Assembly: GCA_964537665.1 (NCBI GenBank)
Contig: CAZIBP010000002.1
Span: forward strand, 1-58,365
Length of the DNA: 58,365 nucleotides
Source of the DNA: an uncultured Pseudomonadales bacterium
GTDB lineage: Bacteria; Patescibacteriota; Microgenomatia; UBA1400; PJMF01
Direction of reading: 5' to 3'
A program made the translations under genes and the position numbers. The notes under the pieces were generated by a model. It searched no databases. It saw only the letters and a list, made by a program, of their open reading frames with translations, and was not told where the DNA came from. Positions 36,760-46,529 of the stretch are shown here, piece by piece; the stretch's first letter is position 1; every line of letters starts with the position of its first letter.

Positions 36760-39700
36760 GCTTTTATTTCCGTTTGTCCTTTTTCTTCTAGTTTTCTTTT
36801 TGTTTTTAGCTAACTTCACTCCTGGCACTTACTTGAGTGGCTGGGATAACTTGCATCCTGAATTCAATCCATTGATGAATCTGGAACGAGCTTGGCAATC
36901 GGCTTGGCAAGAATATCAGGGCTTAGGTTTGTTGGCAGGTATGGCACATGGTGCAGATTTGTTTCGTCAACTTGTTTTTTTGCCTTTGGCTCTATTGTTG
37001 CCAGCTAGCCTCTTTAGATATGTTTGGCATTTTTTGATGGTTCTTACAGGAGTAATCAGTAGTTTTTATTTATTCAAATTTTTTTTACAAAAAGAAAAAC
37101 AACAGGATTTATTGGCTTTTCTTGGTGCTAGCTTTTATTTACTTAATTTTGGAACAGTCCAGAATTTTTATGTGACTTTCGAACCATTTGCCGCTTTTTA
37201 TGCTTTTTTACCTTTACTATTATTGTTTTTAATTCGAATTTTATTACAGCGTTTTGTTCAAAAAAAAGACTTAATGTTGTTTTTCATTATTTCTATTTTG
37301 GCGAGTGGAATGGCCTACGTACAAACTATTTTTGTGGTCTACTTTGCTCTTGTCTGTTTGCTTTTTTTAAGTTATTTTTTGCAAAATAAAAATCAATTTA
37401 AAAGAGTTTTTTCTTTATTCACTTTAGTTTTGGCGATTAACTCTTTTTGGCTGTTTAATGTTTTGCATTTTACTGTCGATGGCTCGCAACTTCTAGCTGA
37501 TAGTAAAGGTAAGGCGATGTCCAACGATATTCTCAGCCTTAAAAACCAAGCTTTTGCTGATTTTGCTCATTTAGCTAAATTACAGGGTTTTTGGTTGGGA
37601 CAAACAGACTTTGATCAATTTGGTAACACCGTTTATCTTTTTGATGCCTGGAAAACCCATTTTAGCAATCCCTTAGTAACCATTTCGGCTTTTAGTTTTT
37701 TTGCTTTACTCCTTTTGGGAATTTTTTATATTTCAAAAAGAAAGGTTATTGGCCGGTATTTTATTTTTAGTGCTTTTCTTGTTTCTTCGTGGATGATGGC
37801 CTTACAAGCTTGGCCTTTTAGTTATCTAAGTCATTTACTTTCAAGATTTTTGCCGCTTTTTGACCAAATGTTTCGTATCAATTTCACCAAATGGATTGTG
37901 CCATTTTCTTTATTTTATAGTTTATTGCTGACTTTTGGTTTGGCTTTCATATTTTCTTTAATCAGGAAAAGATGGCTTAATTTTTTATTTGCAGTGCTTT
38001 TTGCAATAGTTTTAATTTTTTATTCGTTACCTGCTTTTCAAGGTCATTTTTTTTACGAGCGCTTACGTGTGCAGATTCCACAAGTATATTTTGATTTATT
38101 CACGTATTTGAAAAATAATGTGCCAACAAATAGCAGAATTGCTAACTTGCCGCAACATACTTTTTATGGTTGGCAGTGGAATGATTGGGGCTATCGTGGT
38201 TCTGGATTCTTATGGTACGGCATTAAACAACCAATTTTAGATCGGGCTTTTGATGTGTGGAGCGAAGCTGACGAACGCTACTATTGGCAATTGCAAGCTG
38301 CTTTAGATAAAAAAGACGTGAAAATAGTAGAACAGGTTTTAGCAGAATATGATGTCGACTATTTATTATTAGATGAATCAATTGTTAATCGTAACACTGC
38401 CAAACCTTTCAACTACTCCGCACTAAAGAGTTTATTGGCTAGTTCTACTCGATTTAAATTGGTGGAGAATTTTGGTTTTATTTCTCTTTACATTTTTGAT
38501 GATCAAGAAAATCAACGTGAAAAAGACTTTGTCAGTTTTTATGGTAATTTACCTTTAATTAATAATTCTTATAAACATAGCTGGAGTGACCAGGCTTTTA
38601 ATGATTTTCACGATTATTTTAGTGAGATTAATAATAATGCAAATAATCAAGTAATTATTTATCCATTTTCCTCTTTTTTCACTAATCATTTGCAGAAGGA
38701 CCTGGAGTTTAAATTGGATGAAGATCAAAATGCTTTTTATTTAAGAAGTCTTAAACGAACATCTGGAGGAAACTACGCGCTTAAAATACCTGATTTATTA
38801 AGAAGTGAAACTTATTTACCTTTCCATTTAAGTTGGACTACCGAAAGGAAAAAGACACAATTAATTTTTAAGGCTATCCTGCCGGAAATCTATTTAGCTG
38901 ATCAGAAATATTATTTTGATTTCGTCAAGGAAATTTCGCTTACTAGTGAGTTTTGCCAAAAAAACGAATTGTGTTCTATTAATGTTAATAATCAATTTAT
39001 TAGTCCATTTACGCAAAACGGTCAGATAGATTTACTGCTTGATAGCAGAAAACCAAATAGCATTTCTCTAAGTGCTGCCAATAAAACTGAGTATTTTGAT
39101 TATTCCTTGTTTGATTTCTCTTTTTATGACTTAAAGCCCAAGATAATCAAATTACAACAGAATGTGGATTTAACTGTCAAAATACCAAAAATACTTATAC
39201 AAGCCGATATTTTAAAAAGTGAATTGAATGATGATCAAGTGAAAAACTGTCGACCTTTGCAAGCAGGAAGTGTTTTTAAAGAAAAAAGAAATGATGGTAA
39301 TTATTATCTTGCCATAAATAGTAGTGTTTGTGATCATTTTTATTTAGATAATTTGAAACATCAGGCAGCCTATTTGTTCAGGCTAGAAGCCAATAGCTTG
39401 AGATCAATTCCTTTCATCTTTGCTGTTCAAGCGGAGAGCTTGGGACGTAGCCCTCTAGAAACTTATTTGAGCGAAGGAATAAATTACCAGATTTTATCTC
39501 CCACAGAAAATTTTAATCAAGGTTACACGCTTTATTTGTCCACCGATTCTTATGGTCGAGAAATCAACGATAATTTGCTAAAAAAAGCTGAGGTTTTTTC
39601 TTGGCCCTACAACTTTTTGAACAACTTGTATTTAGAGAGCACTAATCAAGAGCCTAGTAAAGCGAATTTATCGACTTGCGACTTTAAAGTTGATAAGAAG

Positions 39701-39970
39701 GCACTATGGTTATATAGAGTTGACCTAGTAGAAGGTTGTCAAGATAAATATTTAAAATTGTCTCAAGCTTATGATCTGGGTTGGTTAGCTTTTAGAAACG
39801 GCAAAAGCTTGCAACATGGAAAATTTAATAATTGGGCAAATGTTTGGATTTTAGATGATCTTGTCAGCAGCTCTTCAATTTATCTTTTCTTTTGGCCCCA
39901 ACTTTTGCAATATTTTGGCTTGATTATATTATTGGTTTTAGCTTGCTTTTTTATCAAAAAAATGAGATAA
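36740..39970 (+). CDS. Large GT-C-type membrane glycosyltransferase, possibly AftD/DUF3367-like
   Basis: 1076 aa. About 12-14 TM helices in the first ~470 aa, with an early loop motif GWDNLHPEFNP...WQEYQGLG, then a large soluble domain and a C-terminal TM. TGcTATAAT ends 7 nt before the ATG. Confidence 0.6.
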   Translation: MKKLLSRLLFPFVLFLLVFFLFLANFTPGTYLSGWDNLHPEFNPLMNLERAWQSAWQEYQGLGLLAGMAHGADLFRQLVFLPLALLLPASLFRYVWHFLMVLTGVISSFYLFKFFLQKEKQQDLLAFLGASFYLLNFGTVQNFYVTFEPFAAFYAFLPLLLLFLIRILLQRFVQKKDLMLFFIISILASGMAYVQTIFVVYFALVCLLFLSYFLQNKNQFKRVFSLFTLVLAINSFWLFNVLHFTVDGSQLLADSKGKAMSNDILSLKNQAFADFAHLAKLQGFWLGQTDFDQFGNTVYLFDAWKTHFSNPLVTISAFSFFALLLLGIFYISKRKVIGRYFIFSAFLVSSWMMALQAWPFSYLSHLLSRFLPLFDQMFRINFTKWIVPFSLFYSLLLTFGLAFIFSLIRKRWLNFLFAVLFAIVLIFYSLPAFQGHFFYERLRVQIPQVYFDLFTYLKNNVPTNSRIANLPQHTFYGWQWNDWGYRGSGFLWYGIKQPILDRAFDVWSEADERYYWQLQAALDKKDVKIVEQVLAEYDVDYLLLDESIVNRNTAKPFNYSALKSLLASSTRFKLVENFGFISLYIFDDQENQREKDFVSFYGNLPLINNSYKHSWSDQAFNDFHDYFSEINNNANNQVIIYPFSSFFTNHLQKDLEFKLDEDQNAFYLRSLKRTSGGNYALKIPDLLRSETYLPFHLSWTTERKKTQLIFKAILPEIYLADQKYYFDFVKEISLTSEFCQKNELCSINVNNQFISPFTQNGQIDLLLDSRKPNSISLSAANKTEYFDYSLFDFSFYDLKPKIIKLQQNVDLTVKIPKILIQADILKSELNDDQVKNCRPLQAGSVFKEKRNDGNYYLAINSSVCDHFYLDNLKHQAAYLFRLEANSLRSIPFIFAVQAESLGRSPLETYLSEGINYQILSPTENFNQGYTLYLSTDSYGREINDNLLKKAEVFSWPYNFLNNLYLESTNQEPSKANLSTCDFKVDKKALWLYRVDLVEGCQDKYLKLSQAYDLGWLAFRNGKSLQHGKFNNWANVWILDDLVSSSSIYLFFWPQLLQYFGLIILLVLACFFIKKMR

Positions 39971-40018
39971 AGAGCAAGATTATTTACTTGTTTTGCTATA
40001 GGTTTTGGGTGATGTCTT

Positions 40019-41833
40019 ATGTCTCAAATTCGTGAAATCAAAGATGCTAGCAATATTGTCGAAATTATTGGTGAACGTATTAAGCTAGATTCTGGTGGAG
40101 TCAACTTTAAGGCTTGTTGTCCTTTTCATAACGAGAAAACTCCCTCTTTTTTTGTTAATCCTTCTTTGCAACGCTATCGTTGTTTTGGTTGTGGAGCTAA
40201 TGGTGATGTTTTAGATTTTTTACAAAACTTTGAAGGAGTAACTTTCTATGAGGCACTCAAAACTTTAGCTGATCGCGCTGGTATTACTCTGAAAGAATTT
40301 CAAAGGACTCAAGATGACGAAGAACGGGAAAAGCTTTTGGAAATTTTGAGTCTTGCCAAAGAATATTATCATTTTATTTTAACCAAACATGAAATTGGTC
40401 AAACCGGTAGAGATTACCTAAAGAATCGAGATATTAGTAATGAGTCGATCAAAATTTTCCAATTAGGTTTTGCCACTAATGCTTGGGATTCACTGCTTAA
40501 ATATTTACACCAAAAAAAAAGATACCCGTTAGATTTAATTGAAAAAGCTGGTCTAATTATTAGGGGAAAGAATGGTGGTTATTATGATCGTTTTCGTGAA
40601 CGCTTGATTTTTCCTCTTAAAAACCACAGAGGGCAAGTGGTTGGTTTTTCTGGTCGTTTACTCAGCCAATCTCCCAAAGAGGCTAAATATATTAATTCAC
40701 CAGAGACTTTGCTTTATCACAAATCAAAAATGCTCTATGGCTACAGCGAATTATTTCGTGAAATTAAAAAACAAGAGCAGGTGGTGGTGGTTGAAGGAGA
40801 ATTCGACATGATTTCTTCAGCGCAGGCTCATATTAATAATGTTGTGGCAATTAAAGGTTCGGCTTTGACTAAAGATCAAGTAACCTTGCTTTCTAGAGTA
40901 GTCAAAACAATTATTTTATCTTTAGATGCTGATGAAGCGGGGATTAAAGCCACTAAGCGAGCGATTGAGGTAGTGAAGGAAAAAGGGATTGACTTAAAAG
41001 TCATTGATCTTAAACATTTAGATTCATTGTCGGCTGAAGATAAAGTCAAAGATCCAGATCAGTTGGCTAGAGAAAAACCAAAATTATGGCGCGCTGCAGT
41101 GGGAGCAGCAGTTTCAGTTTATGAGTTTTTGATGACTAGTGCTCTAGATTTATATGATCCAAATACGGCTGACGGTAAACGTCAAATTGTTAACTATTTA
41201 GCTCCGGTTTTGGAAACAATTGATCATGCTGTTGAGAAGGAGTTTTATTTACAAAAATTATCAGCTGCGCTTAACGTTAAAGAATCTTTGCTTAAGGCAG
41301 ATATTAGCAAATTTGGCCAGAAATCTGCTGCAATTCAGGTAGATGAACAAAAGGAATCAAAAGACAAGCAAATGATCAAGACGTATCAAGAACGCAATGA
41401 AGAATATTTGTTGTTTTTATTATTCAATTCCGAATCAAAGCAAATTCCAGAGCGGGCTAATACTTTAGCTGATTTTGCTTTTGTTAGTAGTGGTTTTGGT
41501 AAATTAATAGAGCAGCTATTGCTTTTTAAAGGTGATTTCAATTTATCAAATTTTGCCGCTACTTTAGCTGAAGATTTGAAGAAATCTTTAATGGATGTTT
41601 TGCTGAATCCCGATTATGAAAAATCTGCCAAAGAAAATGATTTTGACAAAGAATGGCAAAGTACAATTGCTAGAGTTAAGAAAGAAGCTTTGCGTAATGA
41701 AATAGCCAAAATTAATGAGGAAATTAGTAGTTTGGATAACAGTTTCAAAAGAACCTCAGAACAAGAGACAAGACTTGATGAGCTTTTGGCTTTGATTGTT
41801 AGCAAGCAAGCTGCCATCAAAAAACTCAACTAA
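40019..41833 (+). CDS. dnaG: DNA primase
   Basis: Zinc finger CCPFHNEKTPSF...CFGCGANGD, RNA-polymerase core and TOPRIM VVVVEGEFDMIS ... SLDADEAG. Confidence 0.9.
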   Translation: MSQIREIKDASNIVEIIGERIKLDSGGVNFKACCPFHNEKTPSFFVNPSLQRYRCFGCGANGDVLDFLQNFEGVTFYEALKTLADRAGITLKEFQRTQDDEEREKLLEILSLAKEYYHFILTKHEIGQTGRDYLKNRDISNESIKIFQLGFATNAWDSLLKYLHQKKRYPLDLIEKAGLIIRGKNGGYYDRFRERLIFPLKNHRGQVVGFSGRLLSQSPKEAKYINSPETLLYHKSKMLYGYSELFREIKKQEQVVVVEGEFDMISSAQAHINNVVAIKGSALTKDQVTLLSRVVKTIILSLDADEAGIKATKRAIEVVKEKGIDLKVIDLKHLDSLSAEDKVKDPDQLAREKPKLWRAAVGAAVSVYEFLMTSALDLYDPNTADGKRQIVNYLAPVLETIDHAVEKEFYLQKLSAALNVKESLLKADISKFGQKSAAIQVDEQKESKDKQMIKTYQERNEEYLLFLLFNSESKQIPERANTLADFAFVSSGFGKLIEQLLLFKGDFNLSNFAATLAEDLKKSLMDVLLNPDYEKSAKENDFDKEWQSTIARVKKEALRNEIAKINEEISSLDNSFKRTSEQETRLDELLALIVSKQAAIKKLN

Positions 41834-41858
41834 ATTATTAATGATTTTGCCTCTTGCC

Positions 41859-41882
41859 AATATACCCCCCACCAGTATATAT
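41859..41882. promoter_or_regulatory. Candidate CsoR/RcnR-type operator: AT-rich inverted repeat flanking a C/G tract
   Basis: ATATAC-CCCCCACCA-GTATAT lies 18 nt upstream of the CsoR-family gene. On the other strand it reads TACTGGTGGGGGGTATA. Confidence 0.5.
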
Positions 41883-41899
41883 TATCTTCATCACAAATT

Positions 41900-42145
41900 A
41901 TGAGTCCAGTTAAAAAAGATCCAATTATCGTTTCCTTAAACCGCATTCGTGGTCAAGTGGATGGTATTTCAAAGATGTATGAAGATAATCGGCCTTGTGT
42001 CGAAATTGCTCGCCAATTGGCAGCAGTGCGCAACTCCATCTCTAGAATTGCCAGAGACATACTAACTGGTGAGGCAGGCGTTTGTTCCAAAGACAATAAT
42101 CGTGAACAACTTAGTTTGGTGCTCAAAGAATTACTTCGTTATTAA
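41900..42145 (+). CDS. CsoR/RcnR/FrmR-family metal- or stress-sensing transcriptional repressor
   Basis: 81 aa. RIRGQVDGISKMYEDNRPCVEIARQLAAVRNSISRIARDIL matches the DUF156 helix-bundle signature. Cys residues are at the sensing positions. Confidence 0.8.
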   Translation: MSPVKKDPIIVSLNRIRGQVDGISKMYEDNRPCVEIARQLAAVRNSISRIARDILTGEAGVCSKDNNREQLSLVLKELLRY

Positions 42146-42189
42146 ATATTAATATTAAAAGTTATTTTTAAAATATATAGAAAGGCAAA

Positions 42190-42516
42190 ATGCCAGCAGT
42201 TCATTTAGATAATAATAATTTCAAACAAAGCGTGGAAGATGCAAAAGGAGTCGTTTTTGTTGATTTCTTTGCAGTTTGGTGCGGTCCATGTCAGATGTCA
42301 GCTCCAATTGTTGATAAAATGGCTGATGATTACGCTTCTAAAGCCTCCATTGTCAAAGTTGATGTTGACCAAGCTCGTGAGCCAGCTATGAAATATAATG
42401 TTATGAGTATTCCAACTTTTATTGTTTTTAAAGATGGTCAAGAAGTTGATCGCCAAATTGGTTTTCCAGGTGAGGCCGCTTTGAAAGCAATGGTTGATCG
42501 AGCTTTAAATAGTTAA
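42190..42516 (+). CDS. trxA: Thioredoxin
   Basis: WCGPC active site in a 108-aa thioredoxin fold. Confidence 0.9.
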   Translation: MPAVHLDNNNFKQSVEDAKGVVFVDFFAVWCGPCQMSAPIVDKMADDYASKASIVKVDVDQAREPAMKYNVMSIPTFIVFKDGQEVDRQIGFPGEAALKAMVDRALNS

Positions 42517-42542
42517 ATTAAGTCAGGAGACAAGGAAAAGAA

Positions 42543-43556
42543 ATGCAAAAATTGAAGCTTGCTATCATTGGATCTGGTCCGGCGGGACTAACTGCGGGTA
42601 TTTATACCTCTCGTGCTCGTTTGGATACCACTCTTTTTGCTGGCAGCGAAATTGGTGGGCAGTTGATGTATACCAGTGATATTGAAAATTTTCCTGGTTT
42701 TCCTGATGGCAAGTCTGGTCCGTTACTAATGATGGATTTACAAAAGCAAGCGGCTCGTTTTGGCACAGTGATTAAATACGAACATATCACTGCTGTAGAT
42801 TTTTCCAAAAGACCATTCTTATTGTGGACAACGCTACCAAATGGTGTAGATCAGAAACAACTCAAATCACTTCGGGATGAAGAACTTGTAAAGATGATGC
42901 AAGAAATTAGAAAATTGGAGCCTGCTTATCAGGCAGAATTGATAATTATTGCCACTGGAGCAAGCAGCGTGATGCTTGGAATTCCTGGAGAACAAGAGTA
43001 TTTTGGACACGGAGTGAGTACTTGTGCAGTTTGTGACGCTGCTTTTTATCAGGACAAGAATGTCTATGTTATTGGCGGCGGTGATAGTGCCATGGAAGAC
43101 GCTATGGCTTTGACTAAGTTTACCAAACAAGTGACGATTATTTATCGCGGCGATTCTTTCAGAGCCAGTAAGATCATGCAAGAAAGAGTTTTAAATAATA
43201 AAAACATTAAGGTTTTATGGAACACTAATCTAAAAGAGGTGATAGGAGATGGCAAAGCTGTGAAGGCAATCAAAATTGAGACAAATGGCGAAATTAGAGA
43301 AATAGCTGCACAGGGAGTCTTTTTAGCCATTGGTCATAAACCAAATACTAGCTTGTTTATCGAGCAATTAGATTTGGATCGAGCTGGTTACATAAAATTG
43401 ATTACTCACGACGTGTATTCAACTGCAACCTCTATCGAGGGTGTTTTTGCTGCTGGAGATGTGGCTGATCATCGTTATCGCCAGGCAATTGTTTCGGCGG
43501 GTATGGGTACTCAGGCTGCTTTAGACGTGGAGCATTACATAGTAAATCATTCTTAG
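42543..43556 (+). CDS. trxB: Thioredoxin-disulfide reductase (low-Mr type) with a ~25-aa insertion
   Basis: GSGPAG FAD motif, redox CAVC, GGGDSAMEDA NADPH motif and AAGDVADHRYRQA. An extra segment lies between RPFLL and IIIATGA relative to E. coli TrxB. Confidence 0.9.
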   Translation: MQKLKLAIIGSGPAGLTAGIYTSRARLDTTLFAGSEIGGQLMYTSDIENFPGFPDGKSGPLLMMDLQKQAARFGTVIKYEHITAVDFSKRPFLLWTTLPNGVDQKQLKSLRDEELVKMMQEIRKLEPAYQAELIIIATGASSVMLGIPGEQEYFGHGVSTCAVCDAAFYQDKNVYVIGGGDSAMEDAMALTKFTKQVTIIYRGDSFRASKIMQERVLNNKNIKVLWNTNLKEVIGDGKAVKAIKIETNGEIREIAAQGVFLAIGHKPNTSLFIEQLDLDRAGYIKLITHDVYSTATSIEGVFAAGDVADHRYRQAIVSAGMGTQAALDVEHYIVNHS

Positions 43557-43571
43557 TGGCAAGATTTAAGT

Positions 43572-44156
43572 ATGCTTGAAAAAATTGTTTTAGCTTCACA
43601 ATCAAGACAACGTTTAAATATCTTAAAAACTCTTAATTGGCCCATTGAAGTTATTCCTGCAGATATTGATGAGCAAGCCATTGCTTTCCTTAATCAATAT
43701 GACAAGGCAGAAAGAATTGCCTTAGCCAAAGCTACAAAGGTTGCTACTAATCATCAAAATGATTTAATTGTTGCTGCTGACACATTCTGTTATCTGGAGG
43801 GTAAAATTTTGGAGAAACCAAAAAGCTTAGAAGAGGCAAAAGAAATGCTGCATTTTCAAGCTGGTAAAGAAATAGAAATTTTGACAGGCTATGCTTTTTT
43901 AGATCTTAAAAGAGGTGTGAGAAAAAGTGGCTGTGAAAAGATTGTAGCCAAAATGCGTCAGTTAAGTGATGAAGAAATTAATCAATATGTTAGTACAGAG
44001 CCAGTTTTGACTTGGTCTGCGGCTTTTTCTCCAGCTTATGATAGTGGTATGGCTTTAATTGCCAGTATTAATGGAAATTTGACCGCTTTTAGTCATGGTT
44101 TACCTATCAATCTGTTGGTGGATTTTCTAAGCGTAAATTACAAAGATCACCGCTAG
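43572..44156 (+). CDS. maf: Maf-family nucleoside triphosphate pyrophosphatase
   Basis: The N-terminus LASQSRQRLNIL, a central ADT motif and a 194-aa length. Confidence 0.85.
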   Translation: MLEKIVLASQSRQRLNILKTLNWPIEVIPADIDEQAIAFLNQYDKAERIALAKATKVATNHQNDLIVAADTFCYLEGKILEKPKSLEEAKEMLHFQAGKEIEILTGYAFLDLKRGVRKSGCEKIVAKMRQLSDEEINQYVSTEPVLTWSAAFSPAYDSGMALIASINGNLTAFSHGLPINLLVDFLSVNYKDHR

Positions 44157-45080
44157 GAACCACAGAAAAACTGTGATTAGCAGTGATTTATCTTTGAGAA
44201 GAATATCTTCAGGAGCTTCGCCCTTATTTTCTTCATAAATTAATTGTAAATATCTCATCACTCCAAAGATCACAAACGGTAGAGTCAGCATCAGTAATTT
44301 TTGAGACTGGAGTGTTTTTGGCAAAACAAAATAGAGAGCAGGAAATTTTTCGTAGAGCAAATTAACTCCTTGTCCAGTGTAACTTTGAAAAGTGAAAATA
44401 GCATAAGTTAGCCATGTGGATGTAGCAAACATTGCTGTGTATTGATCAAGTAATCTTTGGCTGTATTTTTTGAGACTTAAGCGTGTGAATTCGACATGAC
44501 TGTTGCTTAATAGAGTGCGCTCGCTTTGTCTTTTACCAACAGCCATAAATAAAGAAACAGAAATCACCGTCAATAAAAACCAAACATTCATATGTAAATT
44601 GACTACCACTGCTCCGGCATAAACTCTGATTAAAAAGCCAAGTGCAATAGAAATAATGTCAAAAATGGCATATTGTTTGAGTTTGGTTGAGTAAAAAACT
44701 TGCAGGATGAAGTAAGCAAAAGTTAAAATTTTAAAGAAAGCGGGTAGGCTAAGAGAAAGAAAAAAAACTATAGCTAGGCCAGTAACAACGCTAAAAACGG
44801 CAATTGGAATTGGTAATTTTCCAGAAGCCAAAGGACGATTCTTCTTGAATGGATGTTGTCGATCTAGTTCAATGTCAATGAGATCGTTAATTAGGTAAAT
44901 ACTGGAGGTTAAAACACAAAAAATCAGAAAAGCATAACTAACAATCACAAAATATGGAGCTTGACCATTTTCTTGATAAAATAAAAACCCAGAGAAAATT
45001 AAAGCTGCATAAATCGCTAAATTTTTAAGCCATTGTTTGGGGCGAAAGGACTTAAAGAGAAGAAAAAATACATTGTTCAT
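44127..45080 (-). CDS. UbiA-family prenyltransferase, decaprenyl-phosphate phosphoribosyltransferase (DPPR synthase)-like
   Basis: NDLIDIELDRQHPFKKNRPLASG closely follows the ND..D.E.DR.HP.K..RP.A.G motif of Rv3806c-type enzymes. 8-9 TM helices. Confidence 0.7.
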   Translation of the reverse strand: MNNVFFLLFKSFRPKQWLKNLAIYAALIFSGFLFYQENGQAPYFVIVSYAFLIFCVLTSSIYLINDLIDIELDRQHPFKKNRPLASGKLPIPIAVFSVVTGLAIVFFLSLSLPAFFKILTFAYFILQVFYSTKLKQYAIFDIISIALGFLIRVYAGAVVVNLHMNVWFLLTVISVSLFMAVGKRQSERTLLSNSHVEFTRLSLKKYSQRLLDQYTAMFATSTWLTYAIFTFQSYTGQGVNLLYEKFPALYFVLPKTLQSQKLLMLTLPFVIFGVMRYLQLIYEENKGEAPEDILLKDKSLLITVFLWFLAVIFVIYA

Positions 45081-45081
45081 T

Positions 45082-46137
45082 TTATTTTTGCTTAGATTTA
45101 ATCTTACTATATATCAAAAATGAAAAAACAATAAGCATAGTTGTCACAATGGCAATAATTTTACCCAAAGTGCTTAAATATAAAGATATAAGTCCGAGAG
45201 CAGTGCTGCTTAAAATGTAAAAAATGGCGATTCTTCTTTTGCCCCAGCCATAGTAGTCCATTAATTTGTGATGGAGATGGCCTCGATCGCCCCAGAATGG
45301 CGATTTCCCTGCCAAAATGCGCCTCATAATGGTAAAAATGCCATCAGCTGTGGGAACGGCCAAAACCATAAGCGTGGTGGCGACTTTAGCTCCAGATAAA
45401 ATAGCTAAAATACTTAGAAAATAACCAGCTAGAGAACCAGCTCCATATCCAGGCATGATTTTTTGGGGATAGAAATTCCAAACCAATAGTCCTGCAAATG
45501 CTCCTGAGACGATAAGAGCAAGATTGGCGACATTGAATTGAGTGGGAGCATCTGCGAATTTATTGGCCAAAAGGGCGATAAACAAGCAAGAAACTGAAAC
45601 GAATCCAGGTAATTGGCCATCAATTCCTTTGGACCAATTAATAATATTCATATTCCACAGGATAAAAAAGATGGCGAATAAACTCGATAAAATCCAAATT
45701 GTGTGATTTGTTCCAAACAAATTAAAAATTAGTTGGGGTTGATTTAGATGGATAACTCCTGCTCCAAAAGGATTGCTGACGTAAGCTATGCCAATACCTG
45801 ATCCAACTACAATTAGACTAGCTAGAAAACCAGTAATCAACCTAAGATAAGGATGCAAATCAAAAATATCATCTAGTGAGCCAACCATTGTTAGTAAACT
45901 TGCTCCAATGAAAATTGCCAATAAATATTTGTCAAAATCTAAAATCAGAAATGCGCTAAACAAAGTTGCCAGGAAGATAACCACACCGCCGCCTCGTGGC
46001 ACAGCTTGGGAATGAGTTTTTTTGATATGTTTATTTTTGTCCGGATCATCAAGCCAATTATTCTTTTGATATAGCTTAACGATTAGAGGAGTAATAAAGA
46101 CAGCCAACAAGAAACTACTCAAGAAAGATAACATCAA
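45082..46137 (-). CDS. Polyprenyl-phosphate sugar-1-phosphate transferase (GT4, MraY/WecA family)
   Basis: 10-11 TM helices, the DDIFDL motif, NMNIINWSKGIDGQ and HLHHKL. Confidence 0.8.
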   Translation of the reverse strand: MMLSFLSSFLLAVFITPLIVKLYQKNNWLDDPDKNKHIKKTHSQAVPRGGGVVIFLATLFSAFLILDFDKYLLAIFIGASLLTMVGSLDDIFDLHPYLRLITGFLASLIVVGSGIGIAYVSNPFGAGVIHLNQPQLIFNLFGTNHTIWILSSLFAIFFILWNMNIINWSKGIDGQLPGFVSVSCLFIALLANKFADAPTQFNVANLALIVSGAFAGLLVWNFYPQKIMPGYGAGSLAGYFLSILAILSGAKVATTLMVLAVPTADGIFTIMRRILAGKSPFWGDRGHLHHKLMDYYGWGKRRIAIFYILSSTALGLISLYLSTLGKIIAIVTTMLIVFSFLIYSKIKSKQK

Positions 46138-46514
46138 TTGACTATTATAATGATTCTAAGCAGAATCGCCAAAACCAAAACTTGCAATAGCAACGTGATT
46201 TCAACAAACATTTTCAAAATATTCGAATTAATCTCTTTTTCTAGATAAGCAATTACGAGATGAAGCAAATTAATGAGAGTTGCCAAAATTGGTAAAATAA
46301 AAATAAAATTTTTATTTACCAGTTGTTGGTCACTAGATAATGAATAAAAAAGCGGGATTATTTCTTGTAGTCCAGTATAAAAAATAACACTGATTAAAAT
46401 AATAATGAGATTGATAAAAATGGATATTGCGCCAATTGGACGTAAATTTTTTGGCAAAAAACTTAAGTAACGCCAGTTAGACTTTTTCTTTTCGGTTTTG
46501 AAAGTTAGGTCCAT
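46134..46514 (-). CDS. Small membrane protein within the glycan operon
   Basis: Three or four TM helices, translationally coupled to flanking genes. Start ambiguous (TTG 46529 or ATG 46514). Confidence 0.5.
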   Translation of the reverse strand: MDLTFKTEKKKSNWRYLSFLPKNLRPIGAISIFINLIIILISVIFYTGLQEIIPLFYSLSSDQQLVNKNFIFILPILATLINLLHLVIAYLEKEINSNILKMFVEITLLLQVLVLAILLRIIIIVN

Positions 46515-46529
46515 ATTTTTTGGTCTCAA

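Noticed and set aside
44127-44156. 30-nt convergent overlap between maf and the UbiA-family gene
   Set aside because: Overlap of the 3' ends of convergent genes is common in compact genomes. No hairpin or regulatory signal is evident, so it is not treated as a finding.
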